From positions 271,850-335,849 of the forward strand of contig NMRA01000110.1 of assembly GCA_002633005.1 (NCBI GenBank): a stretch of 64,000 bases of DNA. Direction: 5' to 3'. Position 1 is the first letter of the stretch, and the number at the start of each line of letters is the position of its first letter. This stretch comes from Phoronis australis (Eukaryota > Animalia > Phoronida). Shown piece after piece: positions 51,030 to 64,000 of this stretch. A program made the position numbers and the translations under genes. The notes beneath the pieces are model-generated. The model ran no database searches, was not told the origin of the DNA, and saw only the letters and a list, made by a program, of their open reading frames with translations.

Positions 51030-51766
51030 CGACGTTGTTTTGGGTTGGGCTATTGTTGGAAATTCACGCCGGTAATATTCATCTGTTGAGAAAGTGAATG
51101 AACACAGTAAAGAATATCAGTTTCATTTTTGTAAACTTTCATTAAAGCATTGTGGCGTGCGTTGCTTCCTTGTTCTAAATAGCGACATCCACAGATACTG
51201 ATCACGTTATAGGAATAAATGACTCTGGCCCCTGCTTTGATCGGACCTTTGACCGGCGGATTTACGACACGCCGTAAATTACACTTGGAGATGACGTCAT
51301 AATGAGTGAACGCGGAAAACACATATCTTGGCACATTTCATTTTGTGACAACAAAAACATGCCCCGGACGCATGCGTCCCGGACAACGTGTTCCGATACC
51401 GTGTTCCGTTAATAAATGTTTGTCTTGTATAATTTCCAACTAATTTTCAGCACTGCTGGAGTCATTGTGCTGCACGTGTCTCCACGTCTGTCATTGGTAA
51501 TCGCTTTCGCTGCCGGAATGAGCAGGAGAGTATGAAAGTATAGTGCGAGATCTACGTTTTAATTCAGTAAGGGGGGGGGGGGGGNGTTAGGATTGGCAAG
51601 AATCTGAGGCGCATGGCGCCGAATGGAGGGAAGGTCGGGAAGATTTTTTTTGGTTTTTTAGTTGCTGATTTCGCTTTTCTGGGGACATTTTTTAAAATTC
51701 TTATTTTTGATACTGTCCGGGTGGGGGTTGAACTCCCTGAATTCCCCCGTAGATCGGCGCCATTAG

Positions 51767-51841
51767 CTTGGGTGGCGCAGCAATGAAAAAAGTGGGGGTA
51801 TAGCCACCCCCCACCCAGTCCCCTATGGTGCACCGCCCATG
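51767..51841 (-). mobile_element. 75-bp mini-MITE, same family as 29838-29979, flanks attag/ataag
   Basis: The reverse complement catgggcggtgcaccatagggg...ggctatacccccacttttttca aligns with 29838 onward. Confidence 0.7.
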
Positions 51842-53598
51842 ATAAGGGCGTTTGGTGGACCATGTCACGGACGGGGTCACAGGAGTCGATCGACCGACGT
51901 TGGAAGACACTTTCTTGGCATATAACTTCATCATGAAGGCAATCGCTATATCGTTTAAGAACGTTTACGGGGTCCTCCGGGTTTGGTCCCGCCTTTATCT
52001 CAGTAAAATCAAACATATAACACTTCAGAATCAGTAAATGTCACGTAGTGACGTGCATTATGAAGGAATTCACTACGGCGTTTATAATAGCACGATTCAA
52101 AATATTTCCATTTTATGTGTCACAAACACTGAGCAGATGGCAATAGAGTCCTGTTTGCGAAGGACAAACCCGTGCCCGGCGTTTACAAACTTAATAGATT
52201 TGAGTGAAAAAATACTTTCTGCCAGTCTAAAAATAAAGCTCTGGTTCCAATTAAAGAATAGTACGTAAAGACATTCTTTTTAAAATAGTTTAAATTTTCT
52301 TAACAATACGACTACGCAAAGAGGCCTGGCGATTCTCGGGCACGCAAGGGTCAGTCCTCAACAAAACAAAATAAACAAACAAATAGTTTGATTCAATTAG
52401 TAACAAAGTTGTTGATTTCCGAAATTTATTTTTAACACGAAGCAAGCGTTATTCATGCAAGGAAGATACTGGAACGTTGAGCAATCTTCTAATATGGCAA
52501 AAACTTCCACGTTCCGTTTTTTCAACCACAGTAGATGAACGTTAGGTAACCAACGCTACGCCAACTCTGCACGTGCTGCCACTGCAGTGAATCGATTAAC
52601 GCTACCTTTCTCCCGACATCTGACCTATGGCGTGTGTGTTAGTGAACCAAAATATATGAATGTTCCGGTACCAGCGCCTCTGACACAAAAAATGAAGATA
52701 TTAAAGCGTGCCAAGAGCCATTCATGAAAACGAAACAAATTACCCCCGCCAGTGCTCATTCAAGGAATCATCAATTTCTCATGACTTGGTTTGTCACCAG
52801 TTCCCTTCATAATCAACATTGTCTCACATTTTAAGAAAACTACTCGCATTTGTTGTTAAAGTATTGCCAGTTTGTACTTTATTATCTATTATTACACGTT
52901 GACTGCCTTTTGTTAATATATATGTGCTGCATTTTTAAGTAACCTGTGGAGATGTTCTGTAATTAAAGTTCAAAATAAAGCACCATTGTACAACTCAATT
53001 GAAAGTTAATTTTGTACCATCCATTAGGCTTGCTTATAAGAATTGATCAGGCGACAAACCTTCTTGTTGTCGGTGTCAAATAAATGTATATAAAGTTATG
53101 AGAAAATTGTTTAATTCCATTCATTGTGTAAAATTATTTTACGAGCAACCACTTTCTCAGTGGAATCTATTTTTGCAATAAATCAGGCCTTGGAGGACGA
53201 AAATAGCAACGGAAAACAATAGAACAGCGAGGAAACGCGGTACACATGAGTCGGCCATTCCTCACATAAACCGCAACAGCGCTTTACTGACGTGGGTTTG
53301 CAATGTCGTTTCTGCCAAATTCTCGTGCCAATGTCCTAACTTGCACCGGTAGACCCCCGCCGATCTGACTCTCCACCGCTCCTGTAGCATTCCGGCCTGA
53401 TTCTTTTCACGCTTTACTGCTTGTAAATAAGAGGTGAGAAAATAATACACACAAGCAGCCAAGCACTGTACACGTGACCAGTGCTGAAAACTGTTTGTTT
53501 ATTTAATTCAGCTCAAGGTGAAGATATGTAGTTGAACTCTACTCATACTTTGTAGAACAATTTCACCCGACAGGCAGTTTTACTCTGTATTTGAAAAA

Positions 53599-53897
53599 CC
53601 CGGGGGTAACGCAAACTGGTAGGTTTCCGAAGAAATCACTCAAGATTTGCAGTAAAAGAACGTGAATGTTCATCAGGGACAATCTGCACAAGCCATGAAC
53701 GTGCGTGCGTGTTCGTGGGACAATCTGTACACGACGTGAACCTAGTACGTTTATCTTCGTGTAGAGGGACCATCTGCACACGCAATGAACGTACTCCACC
53801 GCTTACTGGAGTCCAACATTTTCGTATCAATGCGATCGTTTTGAGACATGCGCAACAGTAACTCACCAAGCTGCGCGTAGCCCGCTCCTCCCCCCGG
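53599..53897. mobile_element. Possible MITE with CCCGGGGG...CCCCCGG ends and internal repeats of about 40-50 bp (gggacaatctgcac)
   Basis: Inverted G/C-run ends and three internal gggaca/ccatctg motifs. Confidence 0.35.
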
Positions 53898-56800
53898 AAA
53901 ACGCTTCCATGGTATTAGAAGCATCACATTCTTTAAGGAAATATCATGCAATCGCCAACGAACTTGGTTGAAAATATTCATATTGTGCTCCCTTTATGTT
54001 AGTCATTAGCGCCCCCTTTTTCGGTGATTAAAACGCCAGGACGCTTGGAACAAAATAGGTGCACGTTTTACGCGCTCCGTTCGAACTAGTTAAGTAAACC
54101 AATTTAACCATCTTTCAATAAGTGTCGATTCTTGTCACAAATAAACTCCCCTGAAAATCATTGCTTTATCATTTTTTTCAAATTAAGTACAGCCAGTCGA
54201 CTTACTGTTGAGTGCTAAATGTAAACCCCGGGACACGAAGTAACAAGGTACTGGGGAGTTGTATTGGGTAGACACAGACGAGAGTTCAGGGAGGTATTGC
54301 CTTCAGGCTTAGTGAAACAATAAGCCAACAACAAAGAGAACAAAATTGGAAAAGCTTTGATGTTTTAAACATGAATTAAGAAGTAAAACGAGAAACTATA
54401 GACTGTTTATCAAAGCCATGAGCTCGACGACTGAGCCTACTCAAGAAGTGATCGAATAGACTGGAATAACATCTTTCGTGGTATCAATTTTTGAATTTGA
54501 CGGAGAAAAGTTGACCTGAAGTTGATGGTCATCCCAAGGAAGACGTGAAAGTTTGACGGTACTGGGCACCTCTCGCACCGTACACTGGGGTCATTCGGTG
54601 CAAGCGACTTGTACTCTCCTGGTTTCGTTGAATCATAATCGTGCATCAACCAAACAGGCCAGCTAATAAAACAAGTACAAGGCTTCATTCACACCGTCCA
54701 GAAACCAACCTAACAAACTAATACAACAAGTACACCTCAGCCACACCGTCAAAATTTAAAACGAACTTCACACAGGCTTTTACTCGATCTGTGAAACCAC
54801 GATAAAAACAGTAACGACAAAAACAATTGATTCGTTTGAGCGTTCTCGCTTCAGTCCCTAGACTTTTCTCATCACCAACCCCCCTTCTCCCATATCCCTC
54901 CCCCTCCCCCTCCCCCTATTACAATTTTTTGGTTATTGTCAATGCTCATGTCAGCTATCAATTTCATTGTTCGTGGCGAGATAACATTCTCATTTTCATC
55001 AGGTCATTGACATGTGCCGCACACCCGGGCGCAACAAAAAGTTATAAATAGTTCTCATTTAGCGATATTTCAGTGGTCTTAGTGCTAAATAGTTTAAACG
55101 TCGGGAATGACATGGATTCAGTGACAAACTAGTTAAGTATATCGTCGTCCTGTCAGCATTCGTGTAGAATGTCAAAAACACTTGACTCAAAGCGTGAATA
55201 ATATCGAGGACTATTAATTAGTTTTCGGTACACAATATACAAACACATCTTTTGGCGTACAAAATAATTGATAACACAAACGGTCGTAATGTCCGTGAAT
55301 CATGGCTCAGTTCTAACCTCTCTGTCACCCATGCACCAAGCGGCTGGCTTCTCCCGAGTTGGATGTCGCGTGCCTCGGATTGTGTTGGTTAAATTGGTTA
55401 ATTCAATTGAGTTCAACAAATGTATTTACTACGAATCAGGATTTTGTTTATACATATCAATTCGATATTAGGCATTGCTCAAACTCAGGAGTGGGTAAAC
55501 GACTTTCATGATTTTTGTATCGGTTTTAGCGCGCCGTCAGGACAGTTTAGGTTATTTCATGTCTGCATGCAGCGTTTCGATGACTTGAAACAAAAATTGA
55601 TTTCATTTTAGAAAGTCTCTGTGTACAAAGGAAGTTATCTTGATCCCGCCAATATGACGTATAATTAATCAGACGACACAACACTCATCGTTTCATTTAC
55701 AACCATTGTCCCACATCCAGTTCACTGGCACGTGCTTAGCGATGACGCGACTTGATATCACCAACTGTCAATAACATTAGTAATGGCTTCATTTAAAAAA
55801 TAAAGCTTAAGTTAAATTACCATCATTTGCTTGTGGTGCGTAGGGCACTACATAGAGGCAGAACTTTGATACCGGTGATTCGATACCAAAATTATCCCCA
55901 GAGTGATAAAAAACGTTGATGGCGCTTGCTCCCAGTCGTAAACTATACCTGCACTAAAAATCAGATTTTTATTCACTTAAGCGTGGCTTCATGAAATGAA
56001 CGAGGCCTTGATTTTGGACAGACGGTGAGTGACGTCAAGTACACAAGTTATGTGAAAGTTATTCCCGACCAGCACCGCCAATGTAGATAGGTGGAGATCA
56101 CTTCATTTTCGTGATATTTCAAGCAGTAGCAGTTCACGTGATCACGTGATCATAATTTAGAACCGACAACTAAAGTAGTAACCGATTGTGCACACCCAAA
56201 TTGATACAATTTCGAAGCTGCATCGATCTGTGCCGTTCTTTTAGTTTGCACAGGGCCTTACACATACTACGCGCAACTGTCCCTCAGCAACTACACGAAT
56301 TCGTTCTCGGTAAATAATGTCATGGGGGGGGGGCAATCATAAGTAGAACGATTTTCTTGTAAACAACCGATTTTGGCCGATCATAATGGTTTTATATGAA
56401 TTAATACCAACTAATTCTGTGAATTGATATGAATACTATAATAGCAAATAAATGATTATTCAAACGGTTTGATATAATTTTCCATGGAAGGCTTGTCACC
56501 TATCATGAGTGACTAATGACTTGATATCACTGATCACTGGAGGCTTAGAATGATGTTATGAATGATGAACACGGTGATATCACCTGACACCAGACTGATG
56601 ATCATTTATCGCTAGTCAGTTCAAAATCAGAGCATACTAAGCTACCGTGTTGGTTAATTTACAAGAGTTTGTCTTTCGCCACCGCTTCCAGGAGTGTTAA
56701 ACAAAAATGAGATTACACGTTAAAATGACATTATCGGAGAGAAATGTGGTTTTCTGAAACTTGGGAACCTTGGCGGTAGCAATTACACATTTAACTGTCC

Positions 56801-58469
56801 AGCTAAATCAGAGTCGATGAGTACCAGAGCATTTTAAGCTTATTTATCCAGTAAACCCATCGGCTTTGATCTCAACGAATGTCCGACAGACATCGGCCAG
56901 AATTGGCGAGTTGTGTTAAAATCACAGCGTCTTTAGTCATCAAAAAACGACGATGTTCCTTAAAAAAACTAAGCATGCCTCAACAGAATCCTAGGTATGC
57001 ATCGATGCACAATGAAGGACATCACTGGAATACGAAAATGGTGTGCGCACTTAAGGTTACATCTGCACATGCACTGGCGTAGCCAGACGTTTTCAACAGA
57101 GGTGCCAAAGCGAACCGCTGAGTGGCGACGGGAGTGACTTTTTATAAAATTGAAATGAATGTCGAACGAGAGAGGACTTCTTGTAATGAGCAGATGGAGT
57201 TCTAGTGACGACGTGTGCAAATGTCAACTACTATCGCTGCATCAGTTTCATATATTTCAAAATAGAAAGAATTACCTGCTTGTGATAGGGCGGAACGCGT
57301 CCTTCTTAATGGGGTATCCCATCATGGTAACTAAAACACTTCCTTGACACGTCACATACACAATTGTTGTGACAATTTGGGCCAGTTGTGACAATTTGGA
57401 CGACAATGTTGGCTCAAATTCTACAATTCAGAAGTTGGACCACTTATGTATCCAAAAGACTGCCAGCTTCCAAGCAGACGGTTGCCTGCCGCTGGATTCT
57501 GGACTGGACTAGAGTCTCGGACTCATAAAGCTACAGTGCTTTCAGTGCGGACGCACTGATTTTCACTTATTTTAAAAAAAACGACAACTCAAGAGAATGC
57601 TGCACGTATAACATCGACAAACAACAGTGAGGCCACATGTAACATCAGACAGCAACATCGACCAACAATGCCGGCACCAGCACGTAAAACATCAGACAGC
57701 AACATCGACAAAGAATGAATATGCATCTGTTTTATGCAATATTCACTATCTCTCTAGTGTGGCATTTTTTAATTTGTCTTCCCTGATGTCCAAACTACCA
57801 GCTCTAACATGGAGTGACATCGTCACATTTGAGCAGCACTATTTAATGGCAGAATACATAATTCTTTAGAATCCCTTAAATCTACTGAAATAACCTGTAA
57901 CTTTTGAGATCCATGCCAATAGGCCATTTTGGGTTGAGACAGCGAGCCAGTGTTGGCTACGCCGTGAAGGGATCAGAGTCGTCGCTAAGCCATAGGTCGC
58001 TTTCAGTTGGCCAAAACGTGTGATTCTGTACTAAGCTGTTCAGTCAGCCCAAAACACGTGTGGTCGACATCGGCGAACTAGTGTACAGCATGCGAACATT
58101 TTGTTGTAATCCATTGGTCGTTGTTTAGTAACTCTAGGTAACTTGAAAAGGATAATGCGTACAAATTGAAATGCCAGACGTGAGCGTTGCGTTTAAGAAA
58201 ACAGATCGGTTCATTAGTACTCAGCTGCGAGTGATGGTCAGGTTTTGTCCAACTGCAGAGACGCGTTGTCTGGAGTCAAACAATGGACCAGTAACTGGTC
58301 GAGGTGAGTGCCTGAACAACGAACAAAACGCACTGGTTCAACTTTGAGAGCATACGCTTAACACACACATATGAAAATTGACAGCTAGTTTTCATTTGAG
58401 AGAACAAGTGCCCAAGCTACAGCCAAGTTCAGTCCACGTAATTAGGAACCAGGGATAAAAAATCGCAAG

Positions 58470-58650
58470 GCTATTGGACAGTTATTCTTGAGTTCTTAGC
58501 CAATCAGCGGAAGCACCCAACTTGACGTGAACTTTGTTGATGTTTTGCCACTGAACGGAAATGAGTAGGGTCATGTGATGTCACCAATAAAGAGGATAGA
58601 CCAGAAGTGAGAGTATAAAAGACCGAGGAATCCCCGAATTTGACAATTCA
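58470..58650 (+). promoter_or_regulatory. Pol II promoter of the astacin gene: CCAAT boxes (58473 reverse, 58500, 58584), TATAAAA at 58614, likely start near 58645
   Basis: NF-Y-like ttagCCAATcagc, TATAAAAG, and a CA dinucleotide 31 nt after the TATA; about 240 nt upstream of the signal-peptide ATG. Confidence 0.65.
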
Positions 58651-58886
58651 TTGGCGAGATAAGCATTTTGAAAGAAGATCGAAATATTGAGAGCCTGATA
58701 CAAGCGAAAGAGTCTGGATTGCCTCCTGATATAAACTTTTGTTTTGAAGAAGGATTTTTATAAAAAAGTGTTTTCTTATGAGTTTCAAGTGAAGATTGTT
58801 TGCAAAAGAAATTGAGAAGGAGTTCTGCCGGTTCATCAAGATTATTATTTATTTATTCATCGCTAAACAACTTACCTTAATCCACT

Positions 58887-58976
58887 ATGAGGAACAGTTC
58901 CGTCGTCACTATTTGTTTGAGGACTATTGCCGTTTTAGTGCTGTTCGCATTTGTGGAGTCAAGACCACGATTAAAG
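58887..58976 (+). CDS. Astacin-family metalloprotease exon 1: signal peptide MRNSSVVTICLRTIAVLVLFAFVESRPRLK
   Basis: ATG, hydrophobic core, VES-RP cleavage-like site, AAG|GTAAGA donor. Absent from the ORF track. Confidence 0.72.
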
Positions 58977-61424
58977 GTAAGAACACTGCCTCTTCATGTT
59001 TTGCCTTAATAAAAAATTGCTTTGTTTCTTTTCGTCTTGTGGGACCACGTGCCATGCCATGCGAGTTGTTTAAAACACGCTGGAATGAAAAATACTGAGT
59101 GCATCGACCTTGCTACTCAATCAAAACAAGCAGCGTGGTTTTCCTGAACGCCTGCCAAAAGCTCCCAGTCACCGTAGTTGTGGACTTGTGTTTCATATTC
59201 GATTTCCGCACAACTCTTTATCATCTAGAGTTTAGAGAAATGTTATCTGCCAGAGCGGCATAGGGAAGTCTCTGAACTATAGGGTACTGTGTCACTACAG
59301 GTCGTGAAGCGATCACAAAGCAGGTGTAAGTCGTATCTGACATGCCATACTGACTTACACCATCACAAAGAGGCGTTAATTATCACCAATCAAGCCTGAG
59401 ACGTCGCATTGACGAGATTTGTGCTTCATACTAGGACAACGACCGCGGGTCGCGCGAACATTGGCAGGTTAAACATATAGGGGCAAAGGTTTGATAAACG
59501 ACAAATGGCAACGCTAGATCGCGTTTCACGCGTCGCTTTTCAATTAAGCCATGTTTGGGTGTTTACAGCGATTTTTGCTAGAATTTCATCATCGCAAAAT
59601 ACCATAGCTTCGTTGTTGACAGCCACGCAACTGACAAGTGTTGAGTCGATTGAATTATTGGAATTTGACAACAGCAACATACCATTATAACTGTTTTAAA
59701 GAGCCATAATGCAAAACACTCCCTCCTGTTTTTTCTTACCCGCACGTTTTCGTAGGTGTGTGCAGTTATTTTTGTGGACTTGAGACAGGAACGCGCATGG
59801 TTGCGCAATCTATCCCATATGGCTAGTTATGGCGATAAGTTTGATGCACCAAAATTAGCCCCCGGAGCAAAATATGTAATGTGCGCTAACAATTTTCGAA
59901 GCCTCAGTATGGGTGTGTAAAGACCAAGATTTTAAAACGAGTCATCGGTAAACATGAGCTGAGCGAAACAGGAAATACCTTGCACGTGATATGATTAGTT
60001 CGTGTTACAAGTAATAGAGCGACCAGTTATATTTTGACTCATCTTAATGCAAAAACGGGTTAACCGTTTTTTTGACTTTATAAAGCCTTAAATGGCTCAT
60101 TAAAGAATTGATACCATAAATGAAACAAAAAGCATTCTCGATACTGGAAGTTGACGTCACGTTAATTAAAAAGCTACTATGAACAACGTGCATTACGCGC
60201 ATTTCTTTTAATGCCTGCTTTTATGACTAGTTTTAAGTCAGATCTCGCGACTGAAGAGATAAATCAGGACCATAAACCTTGAAAAAACACAAAAATACCA
60301 CAATGTAGTCGGTGTGCGCAATGTTTTGTTACAGCGCCATCTTATCGATGTTCATTGAAACCACTTGTCCACCGGTCTCTGTCCTTACACCTCCACCTAG
60401 CGGTCTCCACTTGTTCTTACTCAAGGCGTTACGTATTACGTAAATTTTGACGATGCATCGCGAATGTGAAGTCAAAATGCACGCTTGCCAAATTTTCTTC
60501 GTAAATGCAAGTAGACTTCCAACTTCCGTCTATTCCATTTCCCTGGATGAAAATGATGAATGAATTGAGTTTTGGCATGCATTCAACTTTTAGTGTCGTG
60601 TTCTCATTTGTTTATCATAGTTGACTGAATTGTCATCGAGATTAGTATGACGGTAGTCTAATCGGAGTATTTTTATTCATATTCCACAGTGTCTCATACA
60701 ATCCCCCATTATCGCGTGCTAATAACTCAATGGTCTTACATTTACCCTTTGATTCGTGCAATTTTACTCCCCGCGTCGTATTCCCCTCTCTTCAGTCATA
60801 CCACTGTGCGCATGCACGCAATATGACTCATGTCACTCACCTCACGTGGTTAAAGAACAACACCGGCACAACAGATGGCGTGAGGCAAAGTCCAACTTCA
60901 CCCGCACTGTTCTCAGAATGAGTCATCACGCGTTCTCCTGCACTGATGCGCGATTTTTTCACAGGCTATCGTGTTTAAATCCCGTGTACAAACACACGCA
61001 ACACGACAAGAACGCCTGGCACGTATTTCGACCACATGGGCCAATTTTCTAGAAATGCTGTTGTGCAACGTTAACGCCTAAGAGCTGGAGACTTGTCAAA
61101 ATCAATTGGCAGCGATTCGCACCAAGAGATATTTTTAAATTCTCGCAGCGCGTTTGTTGCTGTGTCGGTGGGATGCTATTTTTAGTTGAACTGTGTTATA
61201 AGGCACTTTCCAGCTTCGATCTCCATGTTTTAAATAATAATAAGTCATTTCTAGAAATCTATAATAAAAAATGTTGTTTTCGTTAAGCTCAAAGCAAAGA
61301 ATTGTTTCAAATAAAAATCTGTGTGTATGCCTTTGAATTAAAGGCATTCGTCTTTTTATCTAATTTGTTGTACATATAGACACAAATCTACAGAAATAAA
61401 TGTTGTTATTTTCCAATTTTGCAG

Positions 61425-61488
61425 ATAGATAAAAAGCACACCCCAAGTGGTCAACTCATTATTAACACGGCAAAGCAGGCATTGGCTG
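61425..61488 (+). CDS. Astacin-family exon 2 (IDKKHTPSGQLIINTAKQALA)
   Basis: ttttccaattttgcag acceptor, G|GTAAGT donor; phase 0 to 1, which exactly bridges exons 1 and 3. Confidence 0.68.
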
Positions 61489-62908
61489 GTAAGTAACACG
61501 TGACGTGTTTCTAAACATGTTGTTAGTTATTATCATTGTCCTTTGCATACTGTGTAATGATCACACAATTTTCAAGGATGCCAGCATCTGTTAAAAAGTC
61601 TAAAGTCTTTATACTTCAAATTTAGTAAGTTTGCAAATTAACGTCGACTGAGCATAGTTCCTGTCAGAGTCAATTTGCGATTTTCTCGCGAATACTATGA
61701 AGCAGAGTTTGAAAATTGTCAGCGAAAATTCAATAGACCTATAAATAAAAATCCTTTGATTTGCGCTGTTCCTAATTGGCGTGTTTCCTTTGGAATATCA
61801 CTTATCTATCTTTATTTTTTGGGATTCCGCCTCAAGGCAATGACGTGCGATAACGTAATATTGATACATCGTTTGTTTCACCCGACTACTGTCATTAATG
61901 AGAGGCTCGTGCTCTCAGCGTCGTTACACTTTAAAAGTTAAATTAAAAAGCTGCAGCGAGTACAAAAAAGAACCTGCCATATGGCGATTAGCAGTAACTG
62001 CACATGTGGGAATGTGCCTAACAGTTGGATGTTTTGTATTAGAAGGAATCAAAGGAATTCTCTATAGGTTACAATGCCCTCAACAATGGGTTAGGTTGCA
62101 TTTGGCGAAAATAAACATTCTGATATAAAACAGAGGCAGGGAAACACTTTGGTCATCAACGACTCTGGGCTACGGTTACGTAACATCACGTGGCCTGTCT
62201 GCAGACGCGGCTTACGTCACCCGTCTTAGACGACACATTCTTATGTGCTTAAAATGACCACCTCTGACCATGTCGTCGTAACCCGTGGTTCTCTTAAAAA
62301 GAGTAAAACAGTCTTACAGAATGCAACGCCGTACAAAGATAATAGAATAGCGCGGTGATAAGTTGCAATCTACAGTGCATAATGTTTCTACCATCTGCGT
62401 GTTGTCACCCATTGCAGTGCCATTTGTTCCAAAGAACGTTTGGCATCGTATCAAAGAGACTGTGTGAAGGGATATCAAAACTTGCCATACTCCTCAAGCC
62501 TTTTGACGGTGTTCCAAAATTCAGGATAACGAAACAAAAAATGTTAAGGCTTATCTTGTAATTTATTTTAACTAAACTATCCACTCGCGAAGGCAGTTTG
62601 TGTTATTTTTTAGTCATCACGTTTGCATATAAACATTACGGGAACTACTTCATTTGGTATTATCAACAACCCGGATATTTTCCTGGCCTCACCTTCGGAT
62701 TTGAATGTTATCTGCGCATGTGCGAACTTCAGTCACTGGGTAAATTGTGTCCACTTCCAAACTGGAGAATGATTGGCCGCATGACTGAATGTCGCCCATG
62801 CGCAGATAATGTTCATTTCTCACAGAAATTTAAGGCTATAAAAAACACCAAGTGTTGTTCTCTTCCTTTTAGATCAACATGTTTACTAACTCATCAATAT
62901 GATTGCAG

Positions 62909-63157
62909 CTCTTCATGAACCTAAACTGGTCAAGAGAGGTCGCCAGAGGCGCTCAGCAATGTCACTATCGAGCCTGCTACCTGACGAACCGGAAGGGACC
63001 AGAGTTGTTGGGTTTGACGTGTTGTTGACCCCTACACAGTGGCGGATCGATAACTTATTCAACTCTCAGGGACACAGGCAGAAAAGAAAAGCTGTACGAT
63101 TCCAACGGTTTCATTGGCCTAACGCCATCATTCCATACAAAATACACAAGTCAATCG
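62909..63157 (+). CDS. Astacin-family (M12A, BP10/SpAN-like) exon 3: propeptide and start of the protease domain; the gene continues past the window
   Basis: TACTAAC branch point and ttgcag acceptor, G|GTAAGC donor; GFDVLLTPTQW (FEGDI-like switch motif), RQKR-KA, HWPNAIIPYKI. Confidence 0.82.
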
Positions 63158-64000
63158 GTAAGCATCTTTTGCTGACATCAGCAAATATCTGGAAATACTT
63201 GGGAACACACTACGTTTTAATTTTGTTGTACCAAATTTAAGACATTTGATATGTTGTCTGGTGGATTTGTTGGTTATTAAATAGTCGTTACAAATCGGGA
63301 AACGTTCAGAAGACGGTTTATGGTATTTGTTGGAACCGTTTCAAGTTGCAACTCTCCACAGTGATGCTCGATGCAACACTGGCGTAGAACTGGTTTCTCG
63401 CAGAACTCTGACCCAGTGTCTTATATGGTGCTAGGGTCACCGTCTTGCGGTCTCGTACATACCGGTGTTTCCAGGCACTGACAAACCACATCCTGCTGAA
63501 GCGAGCGTAAATGAGTTCATCAATTTTGTTTTGACATTTACTGATACTTAAACCGTGTGGGGACATAACATTTCTTTTGACACATTTTTAACCAAGGATT
63601 TTGAAAAAAAGTTAACTCTGACGCCACGGTGACCGTGATCAAACTTGGAATAAAGATTTCGCGTAAATCTTGAAAATACGGACTATGCTTCTCACCGTTG
63701 CTTGATCAAATTAATCGCTCACTTAACCCAATAAATACTATCTCCGTCAGAGGAAAGAGTATCTCCATAAGACGTTCTGAACCTAAATCAAACTATTTCC
63801 ACGTGCCCAACAACACTTTCTATAAATACAAATGAAATTTCCCTCACTAATTCAAAAAGAAAACCGCTTGCTCGTATCTGTCACAATTCGAGTACGAGGC
63901 CACCGTTTCCTGTCTTATTTCCACGTGGTTCTCGTTTAACTTCAACCGCTGTAATGAATATAAAACTGAGTCGGATTCCTATTCATTAGCTAGCACACTG

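Noticed and set aside
26300-54690. Hidden minus-strand gene suggested by consensus donors (near 26310, 35865, 42490, 43600) and ORFs 28988-29197 and 54437-54688
   Set aside because: The candidates I tried did not join into a stop-free, recognisable protein; a lncRNA cannot be excluded without RNA-seq.
57072-57966. MITE defined by cactggcgtagcca / tggctacgccgtg
   Set aside because: The match is short and imperfect, with no flanking duplication.
61898-62128. Hydrophobic ORF as the astacin signal-peptide exon
   Set aside because: It has no good donor; 58887-58976 fits much better (promoter, signal peptide, phase).

Overview
Eukaryotic (animal) genomic scaffold. The AT-rich, intron-rich sequence with N gaps suggests a marine invertebrate, possibly a deuterostome (a guess, not provable here). 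The ORF track is almost all noise; genes had to be assembled by hand from splice sites. (1) 2758-17154 (+): 16 phase-compatible GT-AG exons giving about 960 aa of a CPED1 (C7orf58) orthologue, with a TTL-like ATP-grasp region, a cadherin-like domain and a PC-esterase/SGNH domain (GDSTNRG, CACHFH). Its N-terminus may be two small exons at 636-701 and 1956-2036. (2) About 17.2-58.4 kb: gene-poor spacer with minisatellites, two gaps, several non-autonomous DNA transposons and a decayed HIRAN-domain remnant. (3) From 58.5 kb (+): CCAAT/TATA promoter and the first three exons of a secreted astacin-family (BP10/SpAN-like) metalloprotease precursor that runs off the window. There is no CRISPR array, operon or RNA gene, and I cannot claim a wholly new system. 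The best leads are a tandem repeat built from an exon start that multiplies a splice acceptor, the better-preserved ATP-grasp motifs in CPED1, a 5-bp-TSD MITE family, the HIRAN remnant, and a visible CpG step at the end of CPED1.
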